From contig CAZJXU010000070.1 of the NCBI GenBank assembly GCA_964550095.1, positions 1-30,785 on the forward strand: a stretch of DNA of 30,785 nt, in the 5' to 3' direction. The notes under the pieces are model-generated. The model was not told the origin of the DNA and searched no databases. It saw only the letters and a program-made list of their open reading frames with translations. The position numbers were made by a program, and so were the translations under genes. Origin of the DNA: an uncultured Spirochaetales bacterium. GTDB lineage: Bacteria; Myxococcota_A; UBA9160; UBA6930. The stretch's first letter is position 1. The number at the start of each line of letters is the position of its first letter. Shown here in pieces: positions 28,742 through 30,785 of the stretch.

Positions 28742-30103
28742 TCAGGCCCGGTGCGCTGCCAGCCAGGCGCCGAGATCGCCTTCGTAGCCAACATCCCTAA
28801 GGCGCGCATGCACGCGCTCCTGGATGCGCGCCAGGGTCTCGGGCGAGGGCTTCTCCGTGTTCGCAAGCTGTGCCTGCGCCTGCTCTGCCGCCTTCGCCGC
28901 CCCGGCTGCCGCGCCGCTTTCTTCCGCCAGCGCCGCCTCCCGGGCGTGGCCGTCTTCGGAGAGCCCCAGGAAGGATTCGAGCGCCTCTTCGTACACCCGG
29001 GCTGCGTGCTTTCGCGACGCCACGATGTTGCCCTTGCCCGTTACGACATTGCCCACCGAAAAGAGCTTCGGGTAGGCCTGCAGCCGGCCCAGATCCCAGT
29101 CGGTGAATGCAAAGAGTTCGCCCTTCATTTCAATGCCGGGGATCGGCTCGGGAATGGAGCCGATGGAACTGATCACGCAGCTTCCGCGTCGCTCGTAACT
29201 CTCGTCGGTGGAGATGACACGGCCATCTTCCACGCGCGTGCGCGAGAGGCGCAGCCCGACCACGCGCCCCTCCTCCACCAGCAGCGCCTCGGGCGCAGAG
29301 AGCGGCTCCACCTTGAAGAAGTACTTCTCGGTCGCCTTCTTCAGCAGGCGCTCGCGCGCCGTCATCACCTTTTCGCGGCGCGCCTCGTCGGCGCCTTCCG
29401 GAATCGAAGCCAGCGGCATGTCGCGCAGGCGCCGGCGGTAGAAAATCGTGCAGCCCTTCAGCCCGAGTTCGGGAAACGTGAGGCCGTGCTTGGCCAGCAG
29501 CTTGGGGATGCCCTGCACTTCCAGCTCGAGCAGGTCTGCCTCGATGCCGCGCTTCCGGAGCGCGGCGCGCGTGCTCTCCAGCATCAGCACCTTGGCCACG
29601 TCGATGGAGGCCAGCCCGCCGCCCACCACCAGCGCATCGTCCTGCACCTCGTACTGCTCGCCCTGGTAGCCCGGCTCTTCGTAGTGATTGAACCAGATGA
29701 TGAAGGGGTTCTGGTAGATCAGGCCGCGACCGATGTACTGCTCCGCCCCTTCGATGGGCAGGGGCCGGTCGCGCCAGGCGCCGTTCGCCAGCACCACGCA
29801 GGAAAAGCCCCACTCGCCCGCCAGTTCTTCGAAGGGGATGTCGCTGCCCACCTTGGTGCAGGGCACGAAGGTCACGCCGGGCCGGGAGAGTTTCCCGGTG
29901 ATGTTCTTGTACTCTTTTTCGCGCAGCCCTTCGTGCCAGCGCGGCAGGCCGTCTTCGATTTTTCCGAAGGGGCGCGGGTTCATCTCGAACACCACCACGT
30001 TGGCGCCGCCCTCGGCGAGCCGCGCCGCCACCTCCGCGCCCGCGGTGGCGCCGCCGATCACCGCGACCACGTGCGCGTCCTTGCGAAATCCCTGTTCCGA
30101 CAT
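28742..30103 (-). CDS. FAD/NAD(P)-dependent oxidoreductase (ferredoxin-NADP+/adrenodoxin reductase-like)
   Basis: VAVIGGATAG.E.A dinucleotide fold, FE..P.PFG....G, VVLANGA..DR.L.I.G, VVGGGLASIDVA, YRR, ISSIG, FSVGN...GKG.I. ATG at 30103 inferred. Confidence 0.75.
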   Translation of the reverse strand: MSEQGFRKDAHVVAVIGGATAGAEVAARLAEGGANVVVFEMNPRPFGKIEDGLPRWHEGLREKEYKNITGKLSRPGVTFVPCTKVGSDIPFEELAGEWGFSCVVLANGAWRDRPLPIEGAEQYIGRGLIYQNPFIIWFNHYEEPGYQGEQYEVQDDALVVGGGLASIDVAKVLMLESTRAALRKRGIEADLLELEVQGIPKLLAKHGLTFPELGLKGCTIFYRRRLRDMPLASIPEGADEARREKVMTARERLLKKATEKYFFKVEPLSAPEALLVEEGRVVGLRLSRTRVEDGRVISTDESYERRGSCVISSIGSIPEPIPGIEMKGELFAFTDWDLGRLQAYPKLFSVGNVVTGKGNIVASRKHAARVYEEALESFLGLSEDGHAREAALAEESGAAAGAAKAAEQAQAQLANTEKPSPETLARIQERVHARLRDVGYEGDLGAWLAAHRA

Positions 30104-30111
30104 GGGGCGGG

Positions 30112-30140
30112 AGTGTATGACCGGACGCCGTCTTTTGCAA
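30112..30140 (-). promoter_or_regulatory. Putative promoter of the oxidoreductase-AICAR transformylase pair (near-leaderless)
   Basis: Minus strand TTGCAA-N17-TACACT, 8 nt before ATG 30103; the -35 lies inside the palindrome TTTTGCAAAA (30133-30142). Confidence 0.6.
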
Positions 30141-30263
30141 AAACCCCGCCATGGGGAAGGGGCGGCAGGGACGGGCAGGGCGGCCGGGGCGGCGCTTGTG
30201 CGAAAGGGACGGGTGCTGTGCGCGTGATCAGACACGCCCTGGGCGGGCGGGCGTGTATGCGTC

Positions 30264-30293
30264 CGGGCGCATCCACCATCGGGCGCATCCACC
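30264..30293. repeat. 14-bp direct repeat with 16-bp period in the divergent promoter region
   Basis: CGGGCGCATCCACC at 30264-30277 and 30280-30293. Confidence 0.7.
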
Positions 30294-30345
30294 GGGCGGG
30301 CGCCCCGTCGCCTGCGCCGCTTTTTCCAACTGCCGCCTTTGCCTG

Positions 30346-30354
30346 TGCTATGCT
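30346..30354 (+). promoter_or_regulatory. Putative extended -10 element for the DUF4345-like gene
   Basis: TG-C-TATGCT about 145 nt upstream of ATG 30500; no well-spaced -35. Confidence 0.35.
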
Positions 30355-30499
30355 GGCGGCAAACGCACGCGGCCCGGCCCGGTCGCTTTCCGGCGGGTCG
30401 GCCCGGCGCGTTCCGTGCGTTGCTCCTGCCGGGTGGCGGGCGGCGCGAGGGGCGCGGCCAAAGCAGCGGGACGCGCGCATCCGAAGGGAGGGCTTCACC

Positions 30500-30785
30500 A
30501 TGTTGACGCAGATCTTTCTCGGCGTGAACGCCGTGCTGTTCATCGGCTACGGCCTGTACTGCCTCTTTTCTCCCGGGACGGTGGAAGACGCCACGGGCCT
30601 GCAGGCGCTCAGCGCGGACGGCAAGGCGGAGTTGCGCGCCATGTACGGCGGCGTGCAGACGGCGCTCGGCGCATTGGCCCTGGGCGGTCTGCTGCGGCCC
30701 GCGCTGCAGTTCCCCGCCGTGGCCGCGCTGTGTTTCATCTTCACCGGCCTGGCCTGCGCGCGCCTGTTCGGAATCGTTGTCGATG
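30500..30785 (+). CDS. DUF4345-like small membrane protein, 3'-truncated by the window edge (absent from the ORF track)
   Basis: MLTQIFLGVNAVLFIGYGLYCLFSP...AELRAMYGG.Q..LG...LCFIFTGLACARLFG; three hydrophobic segments; GGGAGG SD upstream. Confidence 0.7.
   Translation, partial: MLTQIFLGVNAVLFIGYGLYCLFSPGTVEDATGLQALSADGKAELRAMYGGVQTALGALALGGLLRPALQFPAVAALCFIFTGLACARLFGIVVD

Overview
GC-rich bacterial housekeeping region with no cas genes, transposases, rRNA or tRNA that I can recognise. Gene order and the ProA signature (KIHSFGPMG) suggest a deltaproteobacterial or Myxococcota-like lineage; this is inference, not a database result. Left arm, minus strand, tightly coupled: rne/rng-rplU-rpmA-obgE-proB-proA-nadD-rsfS-gpmI-comF, converging on a 5'-truncated response regulator. 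Middle: selA-HNH nuclease-rluD-pgeF (+), a REP-like repeat cluster, and a YtfJ-like exported protein (-). Right: prfA-prmC-hisD-hisB-hisH-[lipoprotein]-hisA-hisF, then rpsU-dnaG-rpoD (+), converging on an FAD oxidoreductase plus a stand-alone AICAR transformylase (-), and a 3'-truncated DUF4345-like membrane protein. I cannot support a new multi-gene system here. The strongest unexplained signal is that four core genes carry in-frame, repeat-derived, low-complexity inserts or tails: 33 degenerate 9-bp units in pgeF, 10 x 18-bp units in hisF, a TCG/18-bp tail on prfA, and a ~220-aa acidic tail on RNase E/G. Other signals are an unusually divergent, N-terminally basic RpoD, a likely rplU promoter written into the last codons of rne/rng, two apparently leaderless promoters, and a rearranged his operon. 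Start codons and promoters were called by eye.
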